Assembly (NCBI GenBank): GCA_964633505.1
Contig: CAZWHC010000010.1
Location: 72,458 to 136,457, forward strand
Direction: 5' to 3'
From: an uncultured Rikenellaceae bacterium
GTDB lineage: Bacteria > Bacteroidota > Bacteroidia > Bacteroidales > VadinHA17
Length of the DNA stretch: 64,000 nt
Position numbers and translations under genes: made by a program. Below, one piece after another: positions 48,284 through 57,510 of this stretch. How positions within the stretch are numbered: position 1 is the stretch's first letter; the number at the start of each line of letters is the position of its first letter. The notes beneath the pieces are model-generated. The model had not been told where the DNA came from. It did no database searches and saw only the letters and a list, made by a program, of their open reading frames with translations.

Positions 48284-48291
48284 TACTTTTG
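48284..48291 (+). promoter_or_regulatory. Bacteroidota -7 promoter box TACTTTTG
   Basis: Exact TAnnTTTG match ending only 5 nt before the Trp leader ATG. This implies a leaderless or near-leaderless leader transcript. Confidence 0.45.
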
Positions 48292-48296
48292 AAGCC

Positions 48297-48347
48297 ATGA
48301 AAACAGGAAAATTATATATCTGGTCCTGGCGCAGCTCAAAATTTTAA
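48297..48347 (+). CDS. Trp leader peptide, 16 aa MKTGKLYIWSWRSSKF
   Basis: ATG mini-ORF with two Trp codons (TGG 48321-48323 and 48327-48329), followed by a terminator/antiterminator pair upstream of trpB2. It resembles what I recall as the Rfam Bacteroid-trp leader motif. Confidence 0.65.
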   Translation: MKTGKLYIWSWRSSKF

Positions 48348-48392
48348 GCTGTGAATAAGGCCGATATATAATCTTCATAAGATATTACCCGT

Positions 48393-48427
48393 AAAGGCAT
48401 GCTGTTCACAGCGTGCCTTTTTTGTTT
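48393..48427 (+). terminator. Trp attenuator terminator
   Basis: AAAGGCATGCTG-ttca-CAGCGTGCCTTT forms a stem with one G-U, followed by TTTGTTTG. The alternative pairing is GCTGTGAA (48348-48355, immediately after the leader stop) with TTCACAGC (48405-48412, loop plus 3' arm). Confidence 0.75.
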
Positions 48428-48457
48428 GCAAATTTTTAACCAATAAATAATAATAAC

Positions 48458-49813
48458 ATGAAAAAGACATCAAAGATTTTATTAAGCGAAAAAGAAATGC
48501 CGCGTCAATGGTATAATATCGTGGCCGACATGCCTAATAAACCACTGCCGCCTCTTCATCCGGCAACACGTGAACCTATCGGCCCCGAAGCTTTAGCTGC
48601 TGTTTTCCCGATGGAACTTATTAAACAGGAGGTATCAACAGAACGCTATATCGATATCCCTGACGAGGTTATTGATCTTTACAAAATGTACAGACCAGCA
48701 CCCCTCTTCAGGGCTATTAATCTGGAAAAGGCTATTGGCACTAAAAGCAAGATATATTACAAATATGAAGGAGGTAATTACAGCGGTTCACATAAAGCCA
48801 ACACCGCCATCGCCCAGGCCTATTACAATAAACAGGAAGGGATAAAAAGGATAACTACCGAAACCGGAGCAGGCCAGTGGGGAAGTGCATTAAGCTGGGC
48901 ATGTCATCATTTTGGTATTGAACTGCTGGTCTTCATGGTTAAGGTTAGTTACCAGCAGAAACCAGGACGAAAGCTCCTTATGAATTCATACAACGCCAGA
49001 GTCGTGCCATCGCCAAGCACTATGACAGCGTCGGGCAGAAGAATTCTTGAAAAGGATCCCGACTCTCCGGGCAGCCTTGGCATAGCCATCTCTGAAGCTA
49101 TGGAAATTGCATCCCAGGATCCTTATACAAAGTACTCGCTTGGAAGCGTCCTGAATCATGTAATCCTTCATCAGACAATAATAGGCCAGGAAGCATTGCT
49201 GCAGATGGAAAAGGCAGGTGACTATCCCGATGTTGTTTTAGGCTGTTTTGGAGGAGGTTCAAATTTCTCAGGGATTGCATTCCCCTTCCTTCGTGAGAAA
49301 TTACTTAACGGTAAGAACATCCGGCTTGTTGCCGTTGAACCAGCCTCATGCCCTAAACTTACCAAAGGCAAATTCATGTACGACTTTGGCGATTCGGCTG
49401 GTATGACACCTCTTCTGCCCATGTACACCCTGGGACATAATTTCATCCCCGAAAAGATTCATGCAGGCGGATTAAGGTATCATGGAGCAGGTGTGCTTGT
49501 AAGCCAGCTCCTTAAAGACGGATTTGTCGAAGCAAGGGCAAAGATGCAGAGGGAATGCTTTGAGGGAGGAGTGCTGTTCGCAAAGACAGAAGGTATCCTT
49601 CCTGCACCCGAATCTACGTATGCTATCGCCGGGGCGCTCGATGAAGCCCGCAAAGCTGATATTGAAGGCGTTTCAAAAACAATACTTTTCAACCTCAGCG
49701 GTCATGGCCATTTTGACATTTCTGCCTACGAAAAGTACTTTGAAGGCAATCTTCCTGACCATGAGATGACCAGTACTGAAGTTGAAACCGCAATAGCAAA
49801 CAGTGAAATTTAA
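48458..49813 (+). CDS. trpB: TrpB2-type tryptophan synthase beta-like PLP enzyme
   Basis: 451 aa. It has the long N-terminal extension (LSEKEMPRQWYNIVADMPNKPLPPLHP) and NYSGSHKANTA (PLP lysine) typical of TrpB2. Confidence 0.85.
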   Translation: MKKTSKILLSEKEMPRQWYNIVADMPNKPLPPLHPATREPIGPEALAAVFPMELIKQEVSTERYIDIPDEVIDLYKMYRPAPLFRAINLEKAIGTKSKIYYKYEGGNYSGSHKANTAIAQAYYNKQEGIKRITTETGAGQWGSALSWACHHFGIELLVFMVKVSYQQKPGRKLLMNSYNARVVPSPSTMTASGRRILEKDPDSPGSLGIAISEAMEIASQDPYTKYSLGSVLNHVILHQTIIGQEALLQMEKAGDYPDVVLGCFGGGSNFSGIAFPFLREKLLNGKNIRLVAVEPASCPKLTKGKFMYDFGDSAGMTPLLPMYTLGHNFIPEKIHAGGLRYHGAGVLVSQLLKDGFVEARAKMQRECFEGGVLFAKTEGILPAPESTYAIAGALDEARKADIEGVSKTILFNLSGHGHFDISAYEKYFEGNLPDHEMTSTEVETAIANSEI

Positions 49814-49844
49814 AAAGTATATTGGTTAGTAGGATTTGATTTCC

Positions 49845-49949
49845 CCTGAGCCCTGAGCCCTGTGCCTCCTCTGTATTCTCCGTGTAAGTTCTTAATAATC
49901 TCATCCTTACACAGAGAATCCAGGGAAGCACAGGGACATCAGGGATAAT
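49845..49949. repeat. composite dispersed-repeat region: CCTGAGC x2 / CCTGTGC heptamers, an inverted CACAGAG module pair and a GAAGCACAGGG...AGGGATAAT module
   Basis: CTCCGTGTAAG (49878-49888) and CTTACACAGAG (49906-49916) form a 10/11 inverted repeat. The 49878-49893 segment is 15/16 identical to the reverse complement of 27138-27153. GAAGCACAGGG and AGGGATAAT (49925-49949) also occur at 7412-7448. Confidence 0.75.
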
Positions 49950-49950
49950 T

Positions 49951-50754
49951 TTAGAAATCCGAATAGTCAGTTGGATGAAGAAGGTATGCCTTCGTTTTTG
50001 AGGTAGTGTTCTTGTATTCTTCCATTGACGACATTCTCTTCCAGTCTGGCGATTCCCGGAACGCCTTCCAGTGATCATCATGCGATTTCATATCGGCATA
50101 GGTTGTCATGTACATAAGCCGGGGCTTCTGGCTTCCAAGAAGGACCTGCCCGTAAAATACTGCATTGGAACCAATGCTTTCAAAGATCTTCATTTCCCCT
50201 CCTTCATTGAACATATGGATCTTTTTAAGAGCCTTCGCCTCTGTGGCGCTCTCATAGCTTCTCAGCTCATAAATCCTTTCATTTACAGGAGTTGAATACG
50301 AATAAACCTTAAATTCGGGCATGAAGGCAAAAGCTTTAAGGAAAACACTTTCGTACCTGAGATAAGGAGGATTGTTATATGGGGCATCAAGAAAATCCTT
50401 TCCGGCTGCCTGATAGTCCTTATCATTCTCCAGTGTTGCTGTAATCTCAAAATACCGGTCAGGTGTCGTGTAAGGTATGAATACATAAATAAGTTTTCCA
50501 AATGCGGTGTCTGCCTCAACCGGTTTGAAAACCCCGACTTTACTTATTCCTGCCTTATGCATGGCCGGAATGAAAGCATTCTTAAGGTAGTTGTCAGTAA
50601 CTAAAGCCTGCTCAGGTGTGCTGATCCTGTAAATTTTGATCTCAAAATACTGCTGCTTCTTTGGCGGTGCCGCTGAAGTGAAGCTGTAAGCCGAGGCAAG
50701 TATCAATACTGCCAGTACCGCTGAAAATGTTCTGATTAAGTTTTTACCTTTCAT
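49951..50754 (-). CDS. NIPSNAP family protein with signal peptide
   Basis: 267 aa. It has two NIPSNAP-like halves (YFEIKIYRIS..., IYELRSYESATEAKALKKIHMFNEGG) and an N-terminal Sec signal. Confidence 0.5.
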   Translation of the reverse strand: MKGKNLIRTFSAVLAVLILASAYSFTSAAPPKKQQYFEIKIYRISTPEQALVTDNYLKNAFIPAMHKAGISKVGVFKPVEADTAFGKLIYVFIPYTTPDRYFEITATLENDKDYQAAGKDFLDAPYNNPPYLRYESVFLKAFAFMPEFKVYSYSTPVNERIYELRSYESATEAKALKKIHMFNEGGEMKIFESIGSNAVFYGQVLLGSQKPRLMYMTTYADMKSHDDHWKAFRESPDWKRMSSMEEYKNTTSKTKAYLLHPTDYSDF

Positions 50755-50816
50755 AGTTTAGAGTTTTTTCCCCATTCCATGCTCAGGCACAGATATGGAA
50801 GTTAGTGAATTGATTA

Positions 50817-51902
50817 TTAATATAACTTCGAAAACGCCTTGAAAATCTTTGTTGCTTTTTCTGGTGAAAGGTCCTCCCCCGACTGTACATAAAACCTGTG
50901 ACGTAGGGTCATCGATTCACCCTTTGCGAGGGTCCATACTTTCTTTTCCTGTTTAGGATCATAGGCATTCTGACCGAGGTCGTTCATGGAGAAGAGTCCG
51001 TAGCCTCTTGCATGCGCATAAGCAGGAAATCCCGGATTTGAAGGATGATCAAAAATAGCAAATGCTATTTTAGTATTATCCTTTGTGCCTGAGAGATATA
51101 CCCACTCATTCCTTGTTCCCCATACAGCATCACCCTTGTTACCGTTCGATGATGTGTACATACCCGTTACGCCTGTATTATCAGTTGCCTTGACAGTCGT
51201 GGGATTACCTTTCTCGTCGGTAAAGATAAGCGATTCGTTCGACGGCATTTCAAAAGCCCTGTCGACCCTGATCGCAAACATCCCTTCCTTGTTATCCGTT
51301 AATATAACCGGTCCGTTTACGGCTGTGAGTGTTGAAACGTGATCGATAGTCCTTGACGATTTATCACTGTTAAAAATATACCTGGCAGTCTCGGCAAGCA
51401 GGGTGTTCCCCTTGCTATCCTTCCATTCGGAGGTGACTTCAAGAACGCCTTTCTTCCCGCCGGCAGCCTTTGTTATTTCCTTAACAACTATATGTCCGTA
51501 AGCATCTTTTTTGTCTTCCGGTATTGCTGATGAGTTATTCCAGAAATCGAGACCATTGACATTTCCATGATTAAACCATATCCCTATATGATGGGGATGA
51601 TCGATCCTCTCCCCTTTTCTTGGTTCAAGGGGGAATCCGCGGGTGATCACCGAACCGTTTGGCGCATTAACGGGAAATAAAAAGGGCTTTTCAAGATTTG
51701 AAGGATACATATACGATGTAAACAATTTCCCGTCTACATATATATTTACCTTTTTCTGATCGTCGAGCCTTTCGAGCCTGATACCTTTTTTGCCCGGGAC
51801 CTGAGCGCTGATGACAATTCCGGTAGCCATTATCAGTATCTTTATTGAGGTAATTGCCAGCAGGATTTTAGGATTCAGAATTTTTCTTTTCAGGATTTTC
51901 AT
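50817..51902 (-). CDS. PmoA-like / DUF6807 family protein (function unknown), paralog of 11002..12063
   Basis: 361 aa. ITRGFPLEPRKGERIDHPHHIGIWFNHGNVNGLDFWNN and GMFAIRVDRAFEMPS align with the first copy (ITRGFPLNPRAGERNDHIHQVGSWLNYGNVNGFDFWGN; GMFAIRVARQLELPS). Confidence 0.6.
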   Translation of the reverse strand: MKILKRKILNPKILLAITSIKILIMATGIVISAQVPGKKGIRLERLDDQKKVNIYVDGKLFTSYMYPSNLEKPFLFPVNAPNGSVITRGFPLEPRKGERIDHPHHIGIWFNHGNVNGLDFWNNSSAIPEDKKDAYGHIVVKEITKAAGGKKGVLEVTSEWKDSKGNTLLAETARYIFNSDKSSRTIDHVSTLTAVNGPVILTDNKEGMFAIRVDRAFEMPSNESLIFTDEKGNPTTVKATDNTGVTGMYTSSNGNKGDAVWGTRNEWVYLSGTKDNTKIAFAIFDHPSNPGFPAYAHARGYGLFSMNDLGQNAYDPKQEKKVWTLAKGESMTLRHRFYVQSGEDLSPEKATKIFKAFSKLY

Positions 51903-52026
51903 GATTCAATGACTGTTATAGACTGATTAATATGAAAGTAAAAGTAAATTAATTAAGATTATTACAGAAAATTAGGTCACCTTTTTTTATTTTCAAATCT
52001 TAAATATAGTTAAAAGCAAAGGGACA

Positions 52027-54177
52027 ATGAAGCATCTTAACCGATTGATATCAGGTATATTCCTTTTAACATTACCATGGATTGTATCAGGCCAGAGACC
52101 TGAATGGACCGAAGTGGCAGCCGGCGTATGGAAAACAACAGCCGGCAATCCTGACGATTTTAACCTTTTTAAGGCAGCACAAATCAAACCCGCCATGGAG
52201 GCATTGACGAAACTGGGAAGCTCTCCATTCCCTATTAAACCTGAAAAAATCAATATTAAGATTAAAGACGGACAGACCTTCTTAAGATTTCCGCTTGAAA
52301 AGGAAGAAAAAATTTTTGGTTTCGGACTTAATTTCAAGAATGTTTATCAGAGAGGCAGGATAATAGAGCTTCACGTGGATCATTATGGAGGTACAGATAA
52401 TGGAAGGACGCATGCTCCAGTTCCGTTTTATGTCTCCGATCTGGGTTATGGAGTATTTATTAACAGTTCAGAATATATAAAGGTGTATGCCGGTACAGGT
52501 GTAAGAAAAGACAGTCGTGATGCCCCGGAGGAGAAAGACCGTAATACCGACAGGAGCTGGAGTGCCCAGCCCTATTCTGATGCTGTTGAAATGCTTGTTC
52601 CTGCAGGCGGCGTGGAGATCTATGTATTTGCCGGTCCTTCGATACTTGATGCGGTCAGAAGGTTTATTCTGTACTCGGGAGGAGGCCCGCTTCCCCCCCG
52701 GTGGGGACTTGGTTTCACTCAACGTGTACCAACTCTCTATACTTCTTCCCAGGTAGAAGGTGAGGCAAAAGAGTTTGAAAAAAGAGGATTCCCGCTCGAT
52801 TTCATAGGACTTGAACCTGGCTGGCAAAGCCGATCATACCCATGTACTCTTGAATGGGATACAACCCGATATCCCGATCCTTCTGCATTTATCAGGACCA
52901 TGGATGAAATGAAGATCAGGCTTAACCTCTGGACAAATCCGTATATCTCATCCAGGTCGTCGTTATACAATAGGATCTTGCCGTTTACAGGTTCTCATAC
53001 GGTATGGGGAGGCGTTGTTCCCGACCTTACAATCAATGAGGCAATGGGAATATTCTCAGATCATATTAATGAGAAACAGATAAATATAGGTATCAGCGGT
53101 TATAAAATTGACGAATGCGACGGTTATGACAACTGGCTGTGGCCCGATGTCGCGACTTTTCCATCTGGGAAAACTGCCGTTCAGCTCAGACAGACATACG
53201 GCCTTTTGCTTCAGAGGATGACAACAGACCTTTTCCGCCGGTATAATCGCAGAACATGGGGTCTTGTCAGGGCATCCAACGGAGGAGGTTCTTCATTCCC
53301 TTATGTGATCTATAACGACTATTACAGTCATGAAGATTTTATAACGGCACTTATAAACAGCGGGTATTCAGGTGTGTTATGGACACCTGAGGTACGCAGT
53401 TCCCGGACAGCAGAAGAGTGGCTTAGAAGATTCCAGACAGTATGTTTCTCTCCAATGGCAATGATAAATGCCTGGTCAAGCGGAACCAAACCATGGTCCT
53501 TCCCTGAAGTAGAAGAAGATATTAAAAGATATGCATTGCTCAGAATGGAACTTATGCCATACCTGTACTCAGAATTTGCAAAGTATCATTTTGAAGGTAC
53601 ACCCCCTTTTCGCGGAATGAATCTTGAACCAGGATTTGATTTTAAAACGACCACCGAATTAAGAAATACTGATCAGGAAGAAAATCCTTATGGCAAGGCT
53701 GTGATAAAAGAAATAAAAGACCAGTATATGACTGGCGAATACCTTTTGATAGCTCCATTGTTTACAGGTCAGAAATCCCGCAAAGTTGTCCTTCCCCGAG
53801 GAAAATGGTACGACTTTTATACAGGAGAATTTGCAGGTGAAGGAGAGGTAATTACTGTGACTCCCGGCCTGTCGGTCATACCTGTCTATGTAAAGGAAGG
53901 AGGTATAATTCCGATGATGAAGCCCTCCCTGCATGCTCCCGGTTCAGGAGAAAAATATGACATAGAGGTCAGGCATTATGGAACGCGTGAAAGCAGTTAT
54001 CTGCTTTATGATGATGACGGCGAGTCTTTTAATTATGACTTAGGTTTATATTCATGGCGTGAACTAAAAGTCACAAAAAGCAAAAAGGGTGAAATGGCCG
54101 GATCAGTTTCAGCCGCAGAAAAAGGGAAACCGGATAATATCGGAAAGATAACCTGGAAATTTATGACAGGCAGATAA
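52027..54177 (+). CDS. glycoside hydrolase family 31-like protein, secreted
   Basis: 716 aa with a Sec signal. The central TIM-barrel region has GYKIDECDG (nucleophile-type segment), and the overall length and architecture are like GH31. Confidence 0.65.
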   Translation: MKHLNRLISGIFLLTLPWIVSGQRPEWTEVAAGVWKTTAGNPDDFNLFKAAQIKPAMEALTKLGSSPFPIKPEKINIKIKDGQTFLRFPLEKEEKIFGFGLNFKNVYQRGRIIELHVDHYGGTDNGRTHAPVPFYVSDLGYGVFINSSEYIKVYAGTGVRKDSRDAPEEKDRNTDRSWSAQPYSDAVEMLVPAGGVEIYVFAGPSILDAVRRFILYSGGGPLPPRWGLGFTQRVPTLYTSSQVEGEAKEFEKRGFPLDFIGLEPGWQSRSYPCTLEWDTTRYPDPSAFIRTMDEMKIRLNLWTNPYISSRSSLYNRILPFTGSHTVWGGVVPDLTINEAMGIFSDHINEKQINIGISGYKIDECDGYDNWLWPDVATFPSGKTAVQLRQTYGLLLQRMTTDLFRRYNRRTWGLVRASNGGGSSFPYVIYNDYYSHEDFITALINSGYSGVLWTPEVRSSRTAEEWLRRFQTVCFSPMAMINAWSSGTKPWSFPEVEEDIKRYALLRMELMPYLYSEFAKYHFEGTPPFRGMNLEPGFDFKTTTELRNTDQEENPYGKAVIKEIKDQYMTGEYLLIAPLFTGQKSRKVVLPRGKWYDFYTGEFAGEGEVITVTPGLSVIPVYVKEGGIIPMMKPSLHAPGSGEKYDIEVRHYGTRESSYLLYDDDGESFNYDLGLYSWRELKVTKSKKGEMAGSVSAAEKGKPDNIGKITWKFMTGR

Positions 54178-54191
54178 CAAACAAATGAAAG

Positions 54192-54713
54192 ATGAAAAAA
54201 CGGATTCTTGTTGATATGGATGGCGTTCTGGCAGACGTTTATTCGAGATTTTTTGAGATCCACGAGCACGAGACAGGCCAAAGGCTTACAATAAACGACG
54301 TTGCAGGGAAACTCGAAGCAGAAGCATTTGTCAATCAGCGGATCTGGGTCACAGCCCCTGGTTTTTTCAGACATTTGCCGGTTATGGAAGGAAGTCGTGA
54401 AGCTCTTCTGAAACTTAATCATCATTACAGGGTAATGGTAGTATCGATGGCAACTGAATTCCCTTATGCACTTACAGATAAACAACTTTGGCTAAACGAG
54501 AATTTCCCTTTTATCGGCTGGCAGAATATTGTCTTTTGCGGTGATAAGAGTATTATTAAAGCCGATATAATGATTGACGATCATTTTAAGAACCTCGATC
54601 ATTTCAGGGGAGAGACTCTTATGTTCACACAACCTCCCAATATGCTTGTCACCGATACCAGGCACAGGAGAGTTAATGACTGGAAGGAAATAGAAAAGCT
54701 CCTTCTGCCATAA
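54192..54713 (+). CDS. 5'(3')-deoxyribonucleotidase (HAD superfamily, NT5C-like)
   Basis: 173 aa; N-terminal ILVDMDGVLAD (DxDG HAD motif I) with NT5C-like size. Confidence 0.65.
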   Translation: MKKRILVDMDGVLADVYSRFFEIHEHETGQRLTINDVAGKLEAEAFVNQRIWVTAPGFFRHLPVMEGSREALLKLNHHYRVMVVSMATEFPYALTDKQLWLNENFPFIGWQNIVFCGDKSIIKADIMIDDHFKNLDHFRGETLMFTQPPNMLVTDTRHRRVNDWKEIEKLLLP

Positions 54714-54762
54714 TGCAAAAGGAGCTTTTCATAATACACCTGAATAATATTTCTTTTACATG

Positions 54763-55629
54763 TCAGTTAAGTTGTACCTCTGCAAGAACAGGAAGGTGAT
54801 CCGAAGGATGAAACATATTGAAAGAATCGGACAAAACACCATGGCGAAGGACTTTAACTTTCTGGTTTATAAAAATAAAATCGATAGTGCGCGATTTGGC
54901 CCTTACGGCAAACCCGCCGCTCGTACCTTCGGGTCCGTAAGGTAAGGTGACTGATTTATCACGTGCATCGTCGAGTACTTTAAGTATTGACTGAATCGGA
55001 GACGAATCCTTCACAAGGTTGAAATCGCCGGTAAGGATCAAAGGCAGATTTTCCTTATTAATTTCCGAAATCCTTTTAATAATAAGTTTTGCTCCTTCTT
55101 CCCTGGCTTTGTTTCCCCTGTGGTCGAGATGGGTATCAAGTACATAGAACTTCTTTCCTGTAATGTTATCCTTTAATTTTATCCAGGTGCATGTCCTGTT
55201 GCAGGCAGCATCCCAGCCCATCCCCGGCTTATCGGGAGTCTCACTCAGCCAGAACATCCCATCTTCAATTTTAGTGAATCTCTTCTTGCTGAAAAAAATC
55301 GCCATATGCTCCCCAGCACGTTTACCGTCGTCGCGTCCAACACCCACATGATCGAAATCGGGGAATAAACTTACAAGATCATCCATCTGTTCCGGCAAAG
55401 CTTCCTGGACATTGAAAATATCAGCCCCATGGAATTTCAGAAGTCCGGCTACTTTTTCCTTCCTTAGAGGCCAGGCATTATCCCCGTCATCAGGAGTATT
55501 CATCCTGATATTATAGGTTATGATGTTGAAAGGAGTCGTTTTTTTAGACTGACCTGAAGCCTGGTTTCCAGCGGATAAAAGGATAACAGGAAGAATTGCA
55601 ATTAATAAAATAAGCTTACGTATTTTCAT
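54763..55629 (-). CDS. endonuclease/exonuclease/phosphatase (EEP) family protein, secreted
   Basis: 288 aa; a signal peptide, NIITYNIR near the N-terminus and PSDHLPVLAEV at the C-terminus. Confidence 0.75.
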   Translation of the reverse strand: MKIRKLILLIAILPVILLSAGNQASGQSKKTTPFNIITYNIRMNTPDDGDNAWPLRKEKVAGLLKFHGADIFNVQEALPEQMDDLVSLFPDFDHVGVGRDDGKRAGEHMAIFFSKKRFTKIEDGMFWLSETPDKPGMGWDAACNRTCTWIKLKDNITGKKFYVLDTHLDHRGNKAREEGAKLIIKRISEINKENLPLILTGDFNLVKDSSPIQSILKVLDDARDKSVTLPYGPEGTSGGFAVRAKSRTIDFIFINQKVKVLRHGVLSDSFNMFHPSDHLPVLAEVQLN

Positions 55630-55641
55630 CTTATTAGTTTT

Positions 55642-55702
55642 AAAAAATTTAACCGCAAAGTTCTCTAAGCTAAAAAATAAAGCCAGGGAAACTTTGCGGT
55701 TA
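55642..55702 (-). terminator. intercistronic stem-loop/terminator between susD and the EEP gene
   Basis: TAACCGCAAAGTT (55650-55662) and AACTTTGCGGTTA (55690-55702) form a perfect 13-bp stem with a 27-nt loop. On the minus strand it is followed by AAATTTTTT. Confidence 0.5.
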
Positions 55703-55718
55703 TAATGTTAATTACCAG

Positions 55719-57491
55719 CTACCAACCCGGATTCTGTCCCAAATTCGGATTCAGAAGCCTGTCGGTTTCAGGGATCGGATAATAATAGTGTTTATCCTCC
55801 CAATTCCTTGTAAGGTTATTCATCCAGGTGAGTTCGCCGTATGTATCGTTCTTGAGGCGTTGTGAATTATCCTTGCCGCCAACCTGTGCCGATACGTCGA
55901 CATAGGTAACACCGCTTACAGCAGGTGATGGTTTTGTTCCCTGGTAGAAAGCAACATCAAGTATCCCGTCTTCATTGAGGTCCATTGGAGTGACAAGTTC
56001 AGGAACATAAAAACCGTTCCATTCCATCTTCATAAGCTCGCCTCTTTTCCATCTGAGGATATCGGGGAATCTGAATCCTTCCAGACAAAGCTCGATTCCT
56101 CTTTCCCTCCTGACTTCAAGTATCACAGGGTCCGTGATATCGGGGAAATAGACTGACTGAAGATAAGTATCTACCACTGTGGGTTTTGTGGTTAGCCCGC
56201 CGGTAATACCAGCTCTTGCCCGGAGAGCTCCAATTGTTGATGCCCATTCTTCATCAGTAAGAGTTCCAAGTTCAGCCTTTGCCTCAGCAAAGTTAAGAAG
56301 AACCTCAGCATACCTGAACAATGCAACTGAGTTTATATTCAGGTCCCTTGTATCATAATACATATCATCGAGTGCCCATTTGATAGGCTGGTAACCTGTG
56401 AATGTATATGAGAAAAGAGGGGGTGAAGGGATAAGGGCTCCACCGCTGATCCTTTTATAATCGCCCACGCGGATAGTCTGCTGAAGCCTCTTGTCTCTTC
56501 CTTTAACTTCATCCTTGAAAAGCAAAGTCTCCCAGCCCGTGGTATTTGTAAAGGGCGTTCCGTCTTCCATCAGATAAGTATTGATGAAAGAACGTATAAA
56601 GCTGGCCTTGTCGCCGTAAGTACCGCTCGTCCAGTACCAGTTTGCATCATGAAGCTCATTCAGTGTCAGGTCCATGACGGCTGCAAGCATTACTTCAGAA
56701 GCTATCGGGGTGGTGTTGGTAAACAGGGTTCTGTATGCTTTGGTGGAACCTCCTGAGGTATAAAGGGAATAAACACCTGCATCCATTACTTCCCTGGCTG
56801 CTGAGGCTGCTTCATTCAGCCATGTATTGGCGGTTGAGGCAAGGCCTAGCTCGGTGTGGTATTTTCTATAAGTTCCTTCAAAAAGACAGATCCTCGACTT
56901 GAGCGTATAGGCAACATATTTTGTAATCAGGCTTCTTGTAGCATCGCTGGCTGCTGTAATATTCTCACATGCATAATCAATGTCTGCAAGAACTGAATCC
57001 ATCACAAGAGTACGCGGATCCCTGGGTCCGTAAAGAATATCTTCATCGGTTACTGAAAGTGTTCTGCCGATCCATGGAACATCTCCGAAACGCTTTACTT
57101 TTTCAAAATAAAAATACGCCCTGAAGAATTTTGCAATCCCGTTGTAGTTTTTCTTCACGTCAGCAGAAACTGCAGGATCAACATTATTCTCAAGAAAATA
57201 ATTGATATTCCTGAGATCTCCCCAGTCCCATCCCGAGCTGTTGGTGGGTGCAAAAGCCGGTTGAAGAAATGATGGTATTGTTTTCACTGCCAGGTAATCT
57301 GACATTGCATCTCTCGTAGTGCTTCCATTACCGTTTGGCAGCATCGTATAGAATGAATTGGAATACAAAGACAATCCCTGGGCACTGTTGAAAACAGCTT
57401 CTTTTGAGGTTGTCGACTCGGGTAATTGTTCAAGCTCACAACCTGCCAGGATCGCTCCGAGTAAAATGAACCATATATATATCTTTTTCAT
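55719..57491 (-). CDS. susD: SusD/RagB family nutrient-binding outer-membrane lipoprotein
   Basis: 590 aa with a lipobox (LGAILAGC). It lies directly downstream of a SusC-like gene. Confidence 0.85.
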   Translation of the reverse strand: MKKIYIWFILLGAILAGCELEQLPESTTSKEAVFNSAQGLSLYSNSFYTMLPNGNGSTTRDAMSDYLAVKTIPSFLQPAFAPTNSSGWDWGDLRNINYFLENNVDPAVSADVKKNYNGIAKFFRAYFYFEKVKRFGDVPWIGRTLSVTDEDILYGPRDPRTLVMDSVLADIDYACENITAASDATRSLITKYVAYTLKSRICLFEGTYRKYHTELGLASTANTWLNEAASAAREVMDAGVYSLYTSGGSTKAYRTLFTNTTPIASEVMLAAVMDLTLNELHDANWYWTSGTYGDKASFIRSFINTYLMEDGTPFTNTTGWETLLFKDEVKGRDKRLQQTIRVGDYKRISGGALIPSPPLFSYTFTGYQPIKWALDDMYYDTRDLNINSVALFRYAEVLLNFAEAKAELGTLTDEEWASTIGALRARAGITGGLTTKPTVVDTYLQSVYFPDITDPVILEVRRERGIELCLEGFRFPDILRWKRGELMKMEWNGFYVPELVTPMDLNEDGILDVAFYQGTKPSPAVSGVTYVDVSAQVGGKDNSQRLKNDTYGELTWMNNLTRNWEDKHYYYPIPETDRLLNPNLGQNPGW

Positions 57492-57510
57492 AACTGTAAC
57501 TTTTTAAATG

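Noticed and set aside
54033-54485. 150-aa minus-strand ORF spanning the GH31/deoxyribonucleotidase junction
   Set aside because: It overlaps two convincing plus-strand genes and is Cys/Phe-rich with no motifs.
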